Below, one piece after another: positions 29,700 to 41,017 of a stretch of 53,289 bases of DNA. The stretch is from Acidimicrobiia bacterium (lineage in GTDB: Bacteria; Actinomycetota; Acidimicrobiia; Spongiisociales; Spongiisociaceae): NCBI GenBank assembly GCA_041576165.1, contig JBFGLM010000033.1:1-53289 (forward strand). Reading direction: 5' to 3'. The position numbers were made by a program, and so were the translations under genes. The notes beneath the pieces were generated by a model. The model was not told the DNA's origin and ran no database searches. It saw nothing but the letters and a program-made list of their open reading frames with translations. Numbering within the stretch: the stretch's first letter is position 1; each line of letters opens with the position of its first letter.

Positions 29700-31163
29700 T
29701 CAGAACGGGAGCGCATCGGCGAGAGTGTCCAGCAGAGGTCCCGGGAAAAACCCGAAAAAGATCGTGATTGCCGTCGCCAGCAGCAGCATCACGCGTGTCG
29801 GACCGTTGACGGCCGGACGAGCCGGGGGGGTGCCCGGTGCTTCCACTAACACGCCTTCCTCGAAATACATCAATACGATCGTCCGTAGATAGAAGTAGAA
29901 GCCTGCGACAGAAGTTACCAAGCCGATGATGACCAGCCACTCGAGGCCGGCCGACCAGGCCTCGGTGAATACGCCGAACTTGGCGACGAACCCGGCCGTC
30001 AGCGGCAAACCGGACATTGCCAGCATCATCAATGCCAGGACTGAGGCCAGCAGCGGGTCGCGCCGTCCGAGACCGGCCAGCTCGTCGAGCAGCAAGGCGG
30101 ACGAGGTGGGGCCGGCCAGGACCGATGCAACCGCGAACGCTGCGATCAGCTGGATGACGTACGTTCCGATATAGAACCACACGGCGGACAAGCCGGAGAT
30201 GCCCGCCGCCAGCCCGGTCAGTATGAAGCCGGCGTGCGCCACCCCCGAGTAGGCCAGCATGCGTCGCAGATCACTCTGCTGGATGGCGAGCAGCGTGCCG
30301 AGCACCACCGAGGCCGTTGCGAGCGCCGCCAGCGCCATCGCCCACTCGGATTCGAACGCATCGAAGCCGCTCAGCAAGACACGGATCAAGGCGGCGAAGC
30401 CGCCAACCTTGGCCACCGCCGCCATGAACCCGACGACGCCGGCCGGCACACCCTGGTAGACGTCGGGCGCCCACTGATGGAAGGGCGCAGCCGTCACCTT
30501 GAATGCCAGGCCCACGATGAGCAGGGCCATCCCGACCAGAACCACCCCGGGCCGGATGATCACAACTCCTGACAGGAACGCGGCGATGCCGGCCACGGCG
30601 GTAGAGCCGGTGCCGGCGTAGGTCAGCGCGGCGCCGTAGACGAAGATGGCCGACGCGAAAGATCCGAGCAAGAAATACTTCAGTGCGGCCTCGTCGGCCA
30701 TGACCTCTTCGCGAACGATGCCCGCCAGGATGTACAAGGAAATCGAGCCGATTTCCAGCGCAACGAAAATCATCACCAGGTCGGCAGACGATCCCATCAG
30801 CATGAATCCGGCGGCCGCTAGCAGTATCAGCGACGTTCCCTCAGCCAGGCGCGGGCCGAGCTCCTCGAGCAACGGCCAGGCGGCGACCGCCCCGAACGCC
30901 ATGACCACCAGCACGATCGCTGCGGTGGCGATCCCCGACTTGTCCATTTGCAGGAACCCGTCGAAGACGAGACGGGCCCCGTTCTGGGTCACGTCGTCCC
31001 ACTGAATCCACGTCATCACCGAGGCGGCCACCAACGTCAGGGCGACGATCACTGCGTGAACACGCGCCCGGGGCGCGGCGAACACATCGACCATCAAGAC
31101 CACCACTGCACCGAGTACGAGGATGGCCGGCGGTGCTACTGCGAGGTAGGAGATCTCGATCAT
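29700..31163 (-). CDS. nuoN: Complex I subunit N (14-subunit cluster)
   Basis: EAALKYFLLG, FKVTAAPFHQWAPDVYQG, RMLAYSG, GLPLTAGFVAK. Confidence 0.94.
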   Translation of the reverse strand: MIEISYLAVAPPAILVLGAVVVLMVDVFAAPRARVHAVIVALTLVAASVMTWIQWDDVTQNGARLVFDGFLQMDKSGIATAAIVLVVMAFGAVAAWPLLEELGPRLAEGTSLILLAAAGFMLMGSSADLVMIFVALEIGSISLYILAGIVREEVMADEAALKYFLLGSFASAIFVYGAALTYAGTGSTAVAGIAAFLSGVVIIRPGVVLVGMALLIVGLAFKVTAAPFHQWAPDVYQGVPAGVVGFMAAVAKVGGFAALIRVLLSGFDAFESEWAMALAALATASVVLGTLLAIQQSDLRRMLAYSGVAHAGFILTGLAAGISGLSAVWFYIGTYVIQLIAAFAVASVLAGPTSSALLLDELAGLGRRDPLLASVLALMMLAMSGLPLTAGFVAKFGVFTEAWSAGLEWLVIIGLVTSVAGFYFYLRTIVLMYFEEGVLVEAPGTPPARPAVNGPTRVMLLLATAITIFFGFFPGPLLDTLADALPF

Positions 31164-32698
31164 TCGCTCGCCCCGATCACATCCCCGATCCGGCCGGGCT
31201 CGGGAACCGCGTAGTCCGAGGCCGCTTCGATACGATCCAGCACTGCCTCGGTCGACGGCTCGATGACGTCGAGCGCGACTTTCGGGTAGACGCCGAGCAC
31301 GATGATCAGAACCACGAGTGGCGCCAGCAGGCCCACCTCGCGCGGACCCAGATCCAACAACGCCGTGTTGGCGTCGTTGGTCACCGGCCCGGTGAACACC
31401 CGCTCATAGGCCCACAGCAGGTAGATCGCGGCAAGAATTACTCCGGTCGCGGCGAGCACGGTGTAGGCGGGGAGCGTGGCGTAGCTCCCCATCAGCACCA
31501 AGAACTCGCCGATGAACCCGTTCAGGCCGGGCAGCCCGATCGAGGCGAACGCAGTGAACAAGAACATGCCGGCGTAGATCGGCATGATTTTGGCCAGTCC
31601 CCCGAAATCGGCGATGAGCTTGGTGTGGCTGCGTTCGTAGATCATCCCCACCAGCAGGAACAAGACGCCGGTGGAGAGCCCGTGATTGACCATCTGAATC
31701 ACCCCGCCCTGGAGGCCCTGACTGGTGAGCGCAAAGATCCCGAGAACGACGAAGCCCAGGTGGCTGACGGACGAATACGCAACGAGCTTCTTCAGGTCGG
31801 GCTGCACGATGGCCACCACCGCGCCGTAGATGACGCCGACCACCGCGAGGACGGCGAGCAGTGGGACGAAGTCCACAGATGCCTGCGGAAACAGGGGCAG
31901 GTTGAACCGCAGGAAGCCGTAGGTGCCCATCTTCAGGAGGACACCTGCCAGCAGCACCGACCCGGCGGTCGGCGCTTCCACGTGGGCGTCCGGCAGCCAG
32001 GTATGAAGCGGGAACACCGGCACCTTGATAGCGAAGGCGAGCGCGAACGCGGCGAACAGCCACCGCTGGGTGGTGACCGCCAGGTCGAGGTTCAGGAAAT
32101 CGAAGTAACTGAAACTGAGGCGTCCGGCCTGGTCGGCGTGGATGATGGCGAGAGCGATGATGCCGGCCAGCATCAGCGCCGAGCCGAGCGCGGTGTAAAT
32201 GAAGAACTTGACCGCGGCGTAGATCCGGCGCTCACTACCCCAGATCCCGATGATGAATGCCATCGGGACCAAGATCACCTCGAAGAAAACGAAGAACAGG
32301 AACATGTCGAGGGCGAGAAACACGCCGATCAGTCCGGCCTCGAGCATCAGACACATGGCGACGAACAGCTTCAACCGGTCGGTGATGGCGACCGACGCCG
32401 CCAGTGACACCGGCACCAGGACTGTCGTCAGCGCCACCAGCACCAGCGAGATGCCGTCGACTCCGAGGCGCCAGGAAATGCCCCAGGGTTCGAACCAGGA
32501 AGCCTGCTCCAGAAACTGGAACTCGGCCGTTCCGGTCTCGAAGGCGGCGTACAGCCACCCGGCCAGCCCCACCGGGATGAGACTCAGCGCGATACCAACC
32601 GGGAGGTGCAACTCCGACCGGCGGGCCGGTAACAGCAGCACGATCACGGCGGCGATTGCCGGAGTGAGGATCAGCGAGGTGAGGATCGGGAAGTTCAT
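31160..32698 (-). CDS. nuoM: Complex I subunit M (14-subunit cluster)
   Basis: GVDGIS, IKVPVFPLHTWLPDAHVEAPT, GLPGLNGFIGEF. Confidence 0.95.
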   Translation of the reverse strand: MNFPILTSLILTPAIAAVIVLLLPARRSELHLPVGIALSLIPVGLAGWLYAAFETGTAEFQFLEQASWFEPWGISWRLGVDGISLVLVALTTVLVPVSLAASVAITDRLKLFVAMCLMLEAGLIGVFLALDMFLFFVFFEVILVPMAFIIGIWGSERRIYAAVKFFIYTALGSALMLAGIIALAIIHADQAGRLSFSYFDFLNLDLAVTTQRWLFAAFALAFAIKVPVFPLHTWLPDAHVEAPTAGSVLLAGVLLKMGTYGFLRFNLPLFPQASVDFVPLLAVLAVVGVIYGAVVAIVQPDLKKLVAYSSVSHLGFVVLGIFALTSQGLQGGVIQMVNHGLSTGVLFLLVGMIYERSHTKLIADFGGLAKIMPIYAGMFLFTAFASIGLPGLNGFIGEFLVLMGSYATLPAYTVLAATGVILAAIYLLWAYERVFTGPVTNDANTALLDLGPREVGLLAPLVVLIIVLGVYPKVALDVIEPSTEAVLDRIEAASDYAVPEPGRIGDVIGASE

Positions 32699-34605
32699 CA
32701 CAACCCCCTCGCAACAACCCACGCCACCAGCGCCGCCGCGCCGACTGCCAGCAGCGCTCCGTAGGACCGAACGAATCCGGTCTGAATCGGGCGCAGCCAG
32801 GCCCCGACCTGTTTGGTGACGACACCCACGCCGTTGACGAGTCCGTCGACGAGGCTCTGATCGATCGAAGTGGCCAGCCACTCCGAAGCCCGCCGGCCAG
32901 GTGTGACGATCAAGGCCCCGTACACCCGATCAACCCAGTATCCGTTCTCCCAGGCGAACCACGGGCGGCGGAACAGACCCAGGAAGCGGCCGCGCGCCTC
33001 TTCGCTGGCGCGGGCGTACACCAATAGGCCTATCGCAATGCCGACTACCGCCGCCAGGACCGAAATCGCCGCCAGCGACAGCTGCGCGCCGAGGGCCTCG
33101 GGTGGATGAGCCAAAGGGACTCCCTCGAAGGACGGCTCGAGGAAATGCTCCAGTGCGAGGATCCCGGCGGCCGGGGCGTTGAGGAACCCGCCGCCCAGCG
33201 ACAGGATCGCGAGCACCAGCAGCGGCACCGTCATTACATTCGGGGATTCGTGGGGTGTTACCCCTTCGTCCCAGCGGGGTCGACCCAGGAACACCATGGC
33301 GAACTGCCGGGTCATGTAGAACGCGGTGAGCAGGGCCGTGAATATGCCGACCCCCCACAGGATGAACAGCCAGCCGCCCTGTTCGAAGATCGTGGCCAGA
33401 ATCTCGTCTTTCGACCAGAACCCGGCCAGCGGTGGCACTCCGGCGATCGCCAGCGTGGCGATGCCCATGGTGGTGGCGGTGATGGGCATCGACCGGGCCA
33501 GACCGCCCATCTTGGTCATGTCCTGTTCGTCCGCCAGACCATGGATGACCGAGCCGGCTCCCAGGAACAAGAGCGCCTTGAAGAAGGCGTGCGTCATCAG
33601 ATGGAAGACGCCGGCCACATAACCGGCGACACCCACCGCCATGAACATGTAACCGAGCTGGCTGATCGTCGAGTAGGCCAGCACGCGTTTGATGTCGTTC
33701 TGTGCGATGGCGATGGTCGCCGCCAGCAGGGCCGTGATGGCGCCCACGACCGCCACCACCGGGCCGGCGACCTCGGACAGTGCGTAGATCGCGCCCGTGC
33801 GGGCGACCATATAAACGCCGGCCGTGACCATCGTGGCGGCGTGGATGAGAGCCGAGACGGGGGTGGGGCCCTCCATTGCGTCCGGCAGCCACACATGTAG
33901 CGGCACCTGCGCCGACTTTCCGGCCGCGCCCACCAGCAGCAGCAAACCGATGGCCGTGGCGGTGGATGCGCCGAGCACCTCTCCTGGGGCGTGGAGGACC
34001 TCGGTGTAGGAGAAGGTGCCGAACGAAACGAAGATGAGCATCAAGCCCACCATGAAACCGAAGTCGCCGATCCGGTTGACGACGAAGGCCTTCTTCCCAG
34101 CTGAGGCAGCTGCAGGCCGGGTGAACCAGAACGAGATCAGCAGGTACGAGCAAAGGCCCACCAACTCCCATCCGACGAACAGCACGGCAAAGTTGTTCGC
34201 CAAAACCAGCACCAGCATCGAGGCGGCGAACAGGTTGAGATAAGAAAAGAATCTGCCGTAGCGCTCATCCCCGTGCATGTACCCGATGGCGTAGAGATGG
34301 ATGAGGGTGCCCACCCCGGTGACGATCAGCGTCATGAGGGCGGCGAGCGGGTCCCACAGCAATTCGGCTCGCGCCCCCAACGCCGGAATCCAATCGAACA
34401 GATGAACCACCTCGATGGCCTCTTCCGCGTGTTCACCACCCTGGAAGAAGGGAACCGCTGCCGCGAGGGCATAGACAAAGCTGGCGCCGACTGCACCCGA
34501 CGCCAGAAGGCCGGGTAGCGGTTCGGGCAAGCGGTGGCCGACAAAGTGAATGACCACGGCTCCTGCGAGCGGCAACGCAATGATCAGCCACAAATAGTCA
34601 ATCAT
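32698..34605 (-). CDS. nuoL: Complex I subunit L (14-subunit cluster)
   Basis: [49 protein letters not shown]. Confidence 0.95.
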   Translation of the reverse strand: MIDYLWLIIALPLAGAVVIHFVGHRLPEPLPGLLASGAVGASFVYALAAAVPFFQGGEHAEEAIEVVHLFDWIPALGARAELLWDPLAALMTLIVTGVGTLIHLYAIGYMHGDERYGRFFSYLNLFAASMLVLVLANNFAVLFVGWELVGLCSYLLISFWFTRPAAASAGKKAFVVNRIGDFGFMVGLMLIFVSFGTFSYTEVLHAPGEVLGASTATAIGLLLLVGAAGKSAQVPLHVWLPDAMEGPTPVSALIHAATMVTAGVYMVARTGAIYALSEVAGPVVAVVGAITALLAATIAIAQNDIKRVLAYSTISQLGYMFMAVGVAGYVAGVFHLMTHAFFKALLFLGAGSVIHGLADEQDMTKMGGLARSMPITATTMGIATLAIAGVPPLAGFWSKDEILATIFEQGGWLFILWGVGIFTALLTAFYMTRQFAMVFLGRPRWDEGVTPHESPNVMTVPLLVLAILSLGGGFLNAPAAGILALEHFLEPSFEGVPLAHPPEALGAQLSLAAISVLAAVVGIAIGLLVYARASEEARGRFLGLFRRPWFAWENGYWVDRVYGALIVTPGRRASEWLATSIDQSLVDGLVNGVGVVTKQVGAWLRPIQTGFVRSYGALLAVGAAALVAWVVARGL

Positions 34606-34904
34606 CCGCGCAGCTCCGACAGGTCATCAACCGAGGCGGTGCCGCTGGTACGGAAGATCGTGACGATGATGGCCAGGCCAACGGCCACCTCGGCTGCCGC
34701 CACGACCAACACGAAGAAAACGGCCATCTGCCCGTCGAGGCTGCCCAGCTCACGTCCGGCGGCGACAAAGGTGAGGTTGACCGCATTCAGCATAAGCTCG
34801 ACCGACATGAACATGATCAGGGCGTTGTTCCGGAGGAGCAGCCCACCCGCCCCGATCAGGAACAGGATTGCAGCGAGCGACATGTAGAGCTCGACCGCGA
34901 CCAT
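34602..34904 (-). CDS. nuoK: Complex I subunit K (14-subunit cluster)
   Basis: [24 protein letters not shown]. Confidence 0.94.
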   Translation of the reverse strand: MVAVELYMSLAAILFLIGAGGLLLRNNALIMFMSVELMLNAVNLTFVAAGRELGSLDGQMAVFFVLVVAAAEVAVGLAIIVTIFRTSGTASVDDLSELRG

Positions 34905-35491
34905 CAGCCGGTCTCCTCCTCCACGGGTGTGATACGCCGCCGGCGCGGCCGGTAAAAGGCGAGCGAGATAGCACCGACCGATGCAATGATGAGCAACACC
35001 GCGGTGGCTTCGAAGGGGAGGAGCCAACCCCGCGCATCGATTCCGACCGCGATCTCGCTTTCAGTCTCGCCCGAGATCAGGCGGCTGCCGATAGTCTCGA
35101 TCGTGCCGTTGGCCTGCTGGCCGCTTCCCTCGGGAATGACCCAGCTCCACTGATCAGATGCGACGATCACGGCACCGAGCACGAGCACGACCACTGCCGC
35201 AATGGCGGCGGTCTGGCGCTGGAAGGGAAGCCGCTCTCGCATCTGTTCGACCCGGTCGACCCCGATGAACATGATGACGAAGAGGAACAGCGTCATCACG
35301 GCGCCTGCGTACACGATGACCTGAACGGCCGCGACGAAATGGGCAAGGTGGATCACGTAGATCACAGCCAGCGCGAACAGCGTCATCATCAGACCCATCG
35401 CGGCATAGACCGGGTTCTTCGCCAGCACCACGGCCAGCGCCCCGGTGATGGCGGCCGCGGCCATCAGCGCGAAGATGATCGCCTCTACCAT
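34904..35491 (-). CDS. nuoJ: Complex I subunit J (14-subunit cluster)
   Basis: [28 protein letters not shown]. Confidence 0.93.
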   Translation of the reverse strand: MVEAIIFALMAAAAITGALAVVLAKNPVYAAMGLMMTLFALAVIYVIHLAHFVAAVQVIVYAGAVMTLFLFVIMFIGVDRVEQMRERLPFQRQTAAIAAVVVLVLGAVIVASDQWSWVIPEGSGQQANGTIETIGSRLISGETESEIAVGIDARGWLLPFEATAVLLIIASVGAISLAFYRPRRRRITPVEEETG

Positions 35492-36159
35492 CAGGCGTCC
35501 TCCCCCGAATCCGGCGTTTCGGGCTCTCCAGGCTCGGCACCCGGCGACTGGCCGCGTTCCGGCGGGCGCACACCAACTCCGGCTGAAGGCGTCCAGGCGA
35601 CAACGCCCTCATACGCGGCGCGGCCTTGGGGGGACGTTGCCCGCATCCACCCGTCCGCCGCCCTGAGCTCCTCGAAGTCGGCGAACTTGTCCTCTGCGAA
35701 CATGTGGTTGGGTGTTCCGTCCGGTTTGACCAGCAGCTCTTCCTTTGTGTAGATCGCGTCCTCACGGTTGGTCGTCGACATCTCGAAGAGATGTGTCATT
35801 GTGATCGCCTCGGTCGGGCAGGCCTCCACGCACAGCCCGCAGAAGATGCAGCGGAGCATGTTGATCTCGTACACGAACCCGTACCGCTCCCCCGGGCTGA
35901 TCGGAGCCTCGGGCGGGTTGTCCTCACCGCGCACGTATATGCAGCGGGCCGGGCAGGCGCCGGCACAGAGCTCACAGCCGATGCATTTTTCCATTCCATC
36001 CGGATAGCGGTTGAGCACATGGCGTCCGTGGAACCGCTGCGGCTTGACGCGCATCTCCTTGGGATAGCGGGTCGTCACCTCGCCTTTACCGAAGAACGTT
36101 CGGAGGAATTGGCGACCGGTGACCTTGGCGCCCTTCAGAAAATCGCCGACAACTCCCAT
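35491..36159 (-). CDS. nuoI: Complex I subunit I (14-subunit cluster)
   Basis: [12 protein letters not shown] and [12 protein letters not shown]; RFHGRH. Confidence 0.95.
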   Translation of the reverse strand: MGVVGDFLKGAKVTGRQFLRTFFGKGEVTTRYPKEMRVKPQRFHGRHVLNRYPDGMEKCIGCELCAGACPARCIYVRGEDNPPEAPISPGERYGFVYEINMLRCIFCGLCVEACPTEAITMTHLFEMSTTNREDAIYTKEELLVKPDGTPNHMFAEDKFADFEELRAADGWMRATSPQGRAAYEGVVAWTPSAGVGVRPPERGQSPGAEPGEPETPDSGEDA

Positions 36160-37263
36160 CTACACCCCACCTTCCCACGGCAGCCCGAACTGGCGGATCG
36201 CAACCACCAGACCCGAGAGGACCAGCCAGGCGAGGGCGGCCGGGATCATTCGTTTCCAGCCGAGCGTCATCAGCTGGTCGTAGCGCAGCCGCGGCAATGT
36301 GCCCCGCAGCCACACGTAGAAGAACAGCAGCACGATGACCTTGAGGAAGAACCACACAGTGGGCAACAGGCCTGAGATGAACGCCGGGAGCACGCCGTCC
36401 CAGGTGGGTCCGTTCCAGCCGCCGAGGAACAGCGTGACGGCCAGGGCAGACATCGTGAAGATGTTGATGTATTCGGCCAGGAAGAAGAGGGCGAAGCGCA
36501 GACCCGAGTACTCCGTGTGGAATCCGCCGACGATCTCCTGCTCGGCCTCCACCAGGTCGAAAGGCGCCCGATTGGTCTCTGCGACCGCGGCGATGAAGAA
36601 CAGCACGAACGAGGGCAGGATCGCCACGGCGTTCCAGCGCGGGAACGCGAAGACGGTCGTGTCCCCCAGTTGGAGGACCCAGTTGCCTGCCTGGGCCGCC
36701 ACGATCTCCGACAGCCGGGCGGAACCGCTGTAGAAGACCACCGGCACCAGCGCCAAGCCCATCGCCGCCTCATACGAGATGGCCTGCGCGGTGGCGCGCA
36801 CCCCGCCCAGAAGCGGATATTTCGACCCCGACGACCAGCCGGCCAGGACCACGGCATAGACCGCAACGGATGACATGGCGAGTACGTACAGGAGACCTAC
36901 GTTCAGGTCCGTCCCCTGCAGCGGGAAGGTGCGTTCTTGCCCTCCCAGAGTGATCGTGAACGGTCGACCGAATGGCACCACCATGAACATTAGGAACGCC
37001 GGGACGGCGGCCAGTATGGGAGCCAGCAGGTACAGCCCGAACTCGACTTTGCGTGGAGTGATCTGTTCCTTGAAGAACAGCTTGAGCCCGTCTGCGAGCG
37101 TTTGCAGGATCCCCCAGGGCCCGGCCCGGTCGGGGCCCACCCGATTCTGCATGTCGGCTACGACCTTGCGCTCGAACCAGATGAGCAGGATGGTGACGAC
37201 CATCAAGAGCACGAACACAACCAGGACCCGGGCCACCACGAGGAGGATGTCCCAACCGTCCAT
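36160..37263 (-). CDS. nuoH: Complex I subunit H (14-subunit cluster)
   Basis: ERKVVADMQNRVGP, AETNRAPFDLVEAEQE, TLPRLRYDQLM. Confidence 0.96.
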   Translation of the reverse strand: MDGWDILLVVARVLVVFVLLMVVTILLIWFERKVVADMQNRVGPDRAGPWGILQTLADGLKLFFKEQITPRKVEFGLYLLAPILAAVPAFLMFMVVPFGRPFTITLGGQERTFPLQGTDLNVGLLYVLAMSSVAVYAVVLAGWSSGSKYPLLGGVRATAQAISYEAAMGLALVPVVFYSGSARLSEIVAAQAGNWVLQLGDTTVFAFPRWNAVAILPSFVLFFIAAVAETNRAPFDLVEAEQEIVGGFHTEYSGLRFALFFLAEYINIFTMSALAVTLFLGGWNGPTWDGVLPAFISGLLPTVWFFLKVIVLLFFYVWLRGTLPRLRYDQLMTLGWKRMIPAALAWLVLSGLVVAIRQFGLPWEGGV

Positions 37264-39698
37264 CAGCCGGTCCCTTCTGCCGGGGCGACCTCACACGCCA
37301 GCGTTGCAGCGACCAACCCGACTCCGGGCTGGTTGAAGGGGACGTACACCGTCCCGTTTACAAGGGTGGCGTCCAAGACCACCGGCAGGCGCACGCCGTT
37401 CACCAACACCGAGGACCCTTCTGTGATGCCAAGGTCGGCCGCGTGTGTCGGATGCAGGTAGGCAGCGGGGCCGGGAGCCAGGTCGTGCAGCGACTGACTG
37501 TTGCGCATCAGCACGCCGTCGTCGTAGAGCGTCCGCGCCAGATGCAACGACACGTCGAGCGAGGCGGCGTCCATCTCCGTTCTGACCGGCACGTACTGCA
37601 GCGGCTGTGACCCAGCGGGGATCGGCACCACCACACCTTCGCGGGCGTCCCAATCAAGCAGCTCCCAGGAGACGCCCCGATACGCGGGGGCCAGGTCGGC
37701 GATCTCCTTGGCTATGCCTTCGGCCGAGTCGAGCCCGACCGGTCGCCCCAGTCGGGTGGCGAGCTCATCGAGCACCGACCAGTCCGCTCGGGCCTGGCCC
37801 GGGCCGGCCACGAGGCGGTTGACCTTCTGCACCCGTCCCTCCACGTTGGTGACGGTGCCCTCCTTTTCGGCAAACCCTTCTGCCGGCAGGATCACGTCGG
37901 CCAGCTCATTCGAGTCGTGGCGGAAAAGATCGAGCGATACGACGAAGTCGGCAGCGCCGAGCCCATCCCGGCCGCAACCGTTGGGGACGTCCCGGACCGG
38001 GTCCGCCCCCACCAGGATCAGTGCCCGGATCTCGCCGGCGACGGCCTTGGTCAGCATCCCCGCGGTGTCGGAGCCGATCCCGGACGGCAGCTCGCCCCAG
38101 GCTTCGGCGATTGCACGGGCACCCTCGGTGTCGGTGATCGATACCCGCCCGGGCAGCAGCGTTGGAGCGACGCCCATGTCGAGCGCTCCATACGTGTTAG
38201 ACCGGTGCACGAGGGGCAGGATGGTCGCCTCGGGCAGCTCCCGGGCGAATGCGGCGACCGACTCGGCGAGCCGTGGATCCTCCGCCAGCCCGGTGCGGCC
38301 GACGATGGCGACGGTCGGCCCCTCATCCAGCGCAGCCCGGGCAGCTGCGTACTCCCCGGTACCGGCTGCAAGGCCGGCCAGGACCGCCGGTCCATCGCCC
38401 GGCTGGTAGAGGATCTTGTGGGCCGCGCGGTCGTCGAGTCCGGTGCGGCGGGGATGGACGACGACCAGCTTGGCTCCCAGCTCCTGGGCTGCGCGCCGCA
38501 CCCGCAGGTACAAGATGGGCGCCTCCTCCTTCAAATCTGCTGCCCAGAGCAGGATCGACTTCGCCGCTTCCAGGTCGTCGATCCTGGCCCGGGGAACGAT
38601 GCCGGCCAGCAGCTGAGGATCTAGCCCATCGTCGAGCTGAGCGTCGAGGTTGTTGCTGCCGATGGCGACCCGCATGAACTTCGACAGTGCGTACGCGTCT
38701 TCGTTGGTGCCGCGAGCCCCGCCGATCGCGCCCACCGCGGCTCCACCGTCCGCCTCGACGATGGCCCCCACGCGGTCGGCCACCAGCTTCATCGCTTCGC
38801 CCCACGAAGCTTCCCGCCAATCCTCACCCTCTCTGATCAGCGGTGTGGTGAGCCGGTTCTCAGAATTGATGAACTCGAACCCGAACCGCTCCTTGTCGGA
38901 TAGCCATCCCTGGTTGGTCGGACCGTTGTCCACGCCCAAGAAGCGCACAACTTCGTTTTGGCTGCTGTGCACGGCGATCCGGCTCCCCTCAGTGTGGTGC
39001 GGACTCGTGCTCTCCACGATCTGTAGATCCCAGGGTCGGGCCCGGAATCGGTAGGGCCTTGCGGTCAGCGCACCGACGGGGCATATCTGGACGGTGTTGC
39101 CGGAGAAGTACGAGTTGAACGGCTCATCCGGAAAGGTCAGCACCTGGGTGTCGTTCCCGCGTTCTTTGAACTCGATCAGCGGGTCGCCGGATATCTCATC
39201 GGAGAACCGGGTGCAGCGGGCGCAGAGGATGCAACGCTCCCGGTCGAGTAGCACGAGTTCGCTGATCGGGATCGGCTTTTCGTAATGGCGCTTTTCTTCC
39301 ACGAAGCGGCTTTCGCCCGGGCCGTATGTCATTGTTTGGTCCTGCAGCGGACACTCCCCACCGCGATCACACACCGGGCAGTCCAGCGGATGGTTGATCA
39401 GCAGGAATTCGAGAACGCCCTCCTGCGCCTTCTTGGCGACCGAGCTCTCAGTGTGCACCACCATCCCATCGCTGACCGGCTGCATGCACGCAGGGATGAG
39501 GGCAGCTCCCCGCGGCCCCTCCACCTCGACCAGGCACATGCGGCACATACCGACCGGGTTCATCCGGGGATGCCAGCAGAACCGAGGGATGTAGGTGCCA
39601 TGGTCTTGAGCGGCTTTGATCAAGAGTTCGCCCGCCGGCACCTCGACGTCGTGCCCATCGATCGTCACTGTGACCAGCTCGGGGGTGGGCTCGCTCAT
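37263..39698 (-). CDS. nuoG: Complex I subunit G
   Basis: N1b (IPRFC, CRMC, PAC), N5 (HPLDCPVC...EC) and N4 (CILCARC...ICP) motifs; molybdopterin-fold C-terminus. Confidence 0.95.
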   Translation of the reverse strand: MSEPTPELVTVTIDGHDVEVPAGELLIKAAQDHGTYIPRFCWHPRMNPVGMCRMCLVEVEGPRGAALIPACMQPVSDGMVVHTESSVAKKAQEGVLEFLLINHPLDCPVCDRGGECPLQDQTMTYGPGESRFVEEKRHYEKPIPISELVLLDRERCILCARCTRFSDEISGDPLIEFKERGNDTQVLTFPDEPFNSYFSGNTVQICPVGALTARPYRFRARPWDLQIVESTSPHHTEGSRIAVHSSQNEVVRFLGVDNGPTNQGWLSDKERFGFEFINSENRLTTPLIREGEDWREASWGEAMKLVADRVGAIVEADGGAAVGAIGGARGTNEDAYALSKFMRVAIGSNNLDAQLDDGLDPQLLAGIVPRARIDDLEAAKSILLWAADLKEEAPILYLRVRRAAQELGAKLVVVHPRRTGLDDRAAHKILYQPGDGPAVLAGLAAGTGEYAAARAALDEGPTVAIVGRTGLAEDPRLAESVAAFARELPEATILPLVHRSNTYGALDMGVAPTLLPGRVSITDTEGARAIAEAWGELPSGIGSDTAGMLTKAVAGEIRALILVGADPVRDVPNGCGRDGLGAADFVVSLDLFRHDSNELADVILPAEGFAEKEGTVTNVEGRVQKVNRLVAGPGQARADWSVLDELATRLGRPVGLDSAEGIAKEIADLAPAYRGVSWELLDWDAREGVVVPIPAGSQPLQYVPVRTEMDAASLDVSLHLARTLYDDGVLMRNSQSLHDLAPGPAAYLHPTHAADLGITEGSSVLVNGVRLPVVLDATLVNGTVYVPFNQPGVGLVAATLACEVAPAEGTG

Positions 39699-41017
39699 GC
39701 CCGACCTCCAATGGTCACCGGGACCGCGTTGGCCTGCGCCACATACGCATCGACCTCGTCCCGGAAATGGGTCAGGAGCGAGGCTACTGCCGACACCGCG
39801 GACGGCCCCAACGGGCAGATAGTCGTCATCTTCGGCGGCCAGGTAACGCCGGGCGATATGTTGTCGGAGATGTCCCACAACACGTCGGCATCGATCGCAC
39901 GCCCGTCGCCGTCCATGATCCGGCGCAATATCTGGTCGAGCCAGGTGGTGCCCTCTCGACAAGGCGTGCATTGCCCGCACGACTCGTGGGCGAAGAAACG
40001 CACCAGGCGCTCGGCGGCGGCCACCATGTCGGTCGTGTGGTCCATCACGATCACCGCACCTGATCCCACCATGGAGCCGAGCGAATCAATGACAGCTTTG
40101 GTGCATTCTGTGTCGAGGTGCTGATCCGGCACGAACCACGGGGCCGAGGCCCCGCCCGGGACCCACGCCTTCAGCTCGTTGTCATCCCTGATACCACCCG
40201 CAACGCCGTAGATGAGCTCCCGCCAGGTGATCCCTTCGACTATCTCGTAGTTGCCCGGGTTCTTGACGTGTCCCGAGATAGAGCACATCCTGCGCCCCGG
40301 CGAATCTTCCGGCCCGATGGCGGCGTAGGCCGGTCCGCCGTGTTCGATGATCCAGGGCAGGTTGGCCAGCGTCTCGACGTTGTTGACGATCGTCGGCAGC
40401 ATGTACAGACCCTTGGCGGCCGGAAAGAACGGAGGCTTGAGTCTGGGTTCGCCCCGCTTTCCCTCGAGACTGTTCAGTAGGGCGGTTTCCTCACCGCAGA
40501 TGTATGCCCCCGCACCGAGATGCACCGTCACGTCCAGGTCGTAGTCGGTGCCGAAGATGCCCCGGCCGAGATAGCCGGCCGCGTACGCCTCGTCGATTGC
40601 CGCCTGCATGCGGCGGGCCGGCTTGGGGTATTCGCCCCGGATGTAGACGAAGGCGTGATGCACATCACCGGCCTTGGAAGCGATGATCATGCCTTCCAGC
40701 AGCTGATGCGGGTCGCGTTCCAGGAGCTGGCGGTCCTTGAACGTGCCCGGCTCGGACTCATCACCGTTCACAACCAGATAGGCGGGCTTGGCTGGTGCGA
40801 GAAACCCCCACTTGACCCCGGTAGGGAATCCTGCGCCACCGCGGCCACGCAGGTTGGAGGCCTTGACCTCCTCGGTGATCGCCTCGGGTTCCATCTCGAC
40901 AATGGCCCTGCGGGCAGACACGTATCCGCCCGTCTCCTCATAGGTAGCGAGTGTGTGCGAGGTCTGGGGATGGGCGTCCATCCGCGCAGTGAGGATGACC
41001 GGAGGGGCGTCGCTCAT
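39695..41017 (-). CDS. nuoF: Complex I subunit F (NADH/FMN binding)
   Basis: GRGGAGFPTG, DESEPGTFKD, GAGAYICGEETAL, ESCGQCTPCREG. Confidence 0.96.
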   Translation of the reverse strand: MSDAPPVILTARMDAHPQTSHTLATYEETGGYVSARRAIVEMEPEAITEEVKASNLRGRGGAGFPTGVKWGFLAPAKPAYLVVNGDESEPGTFKDRQLLERDPHQLLEGMIIASKAGDVHHAFVYIRGEYPKPARRMQAAIDEAYAAGYLGRGIFGTDYDLDVTVHLGAGAYICGEETALLNSLEGKRGEPRLKPPFFPAAKGLYMLPTIVNNVETLANLPWIIEHGGPAYAAIGPEDSPGRRMCSISGHVKNPGNYEIVEGITWRELIYGVAGGIRDDNELKAWVPGGASAPWFVPDQHLDTECTKAVIDSLGSMVGSGAVIVMDHTTDMVAAAERLVRFFAHESCGQCTPCREGTTWLDQILRRIMDGDGRAIDADVLWDISDNISPGVTWPPKMTTICPLGPSAVSAVASLLTHFRDEVDAYVAQANAVPVTIGGRA

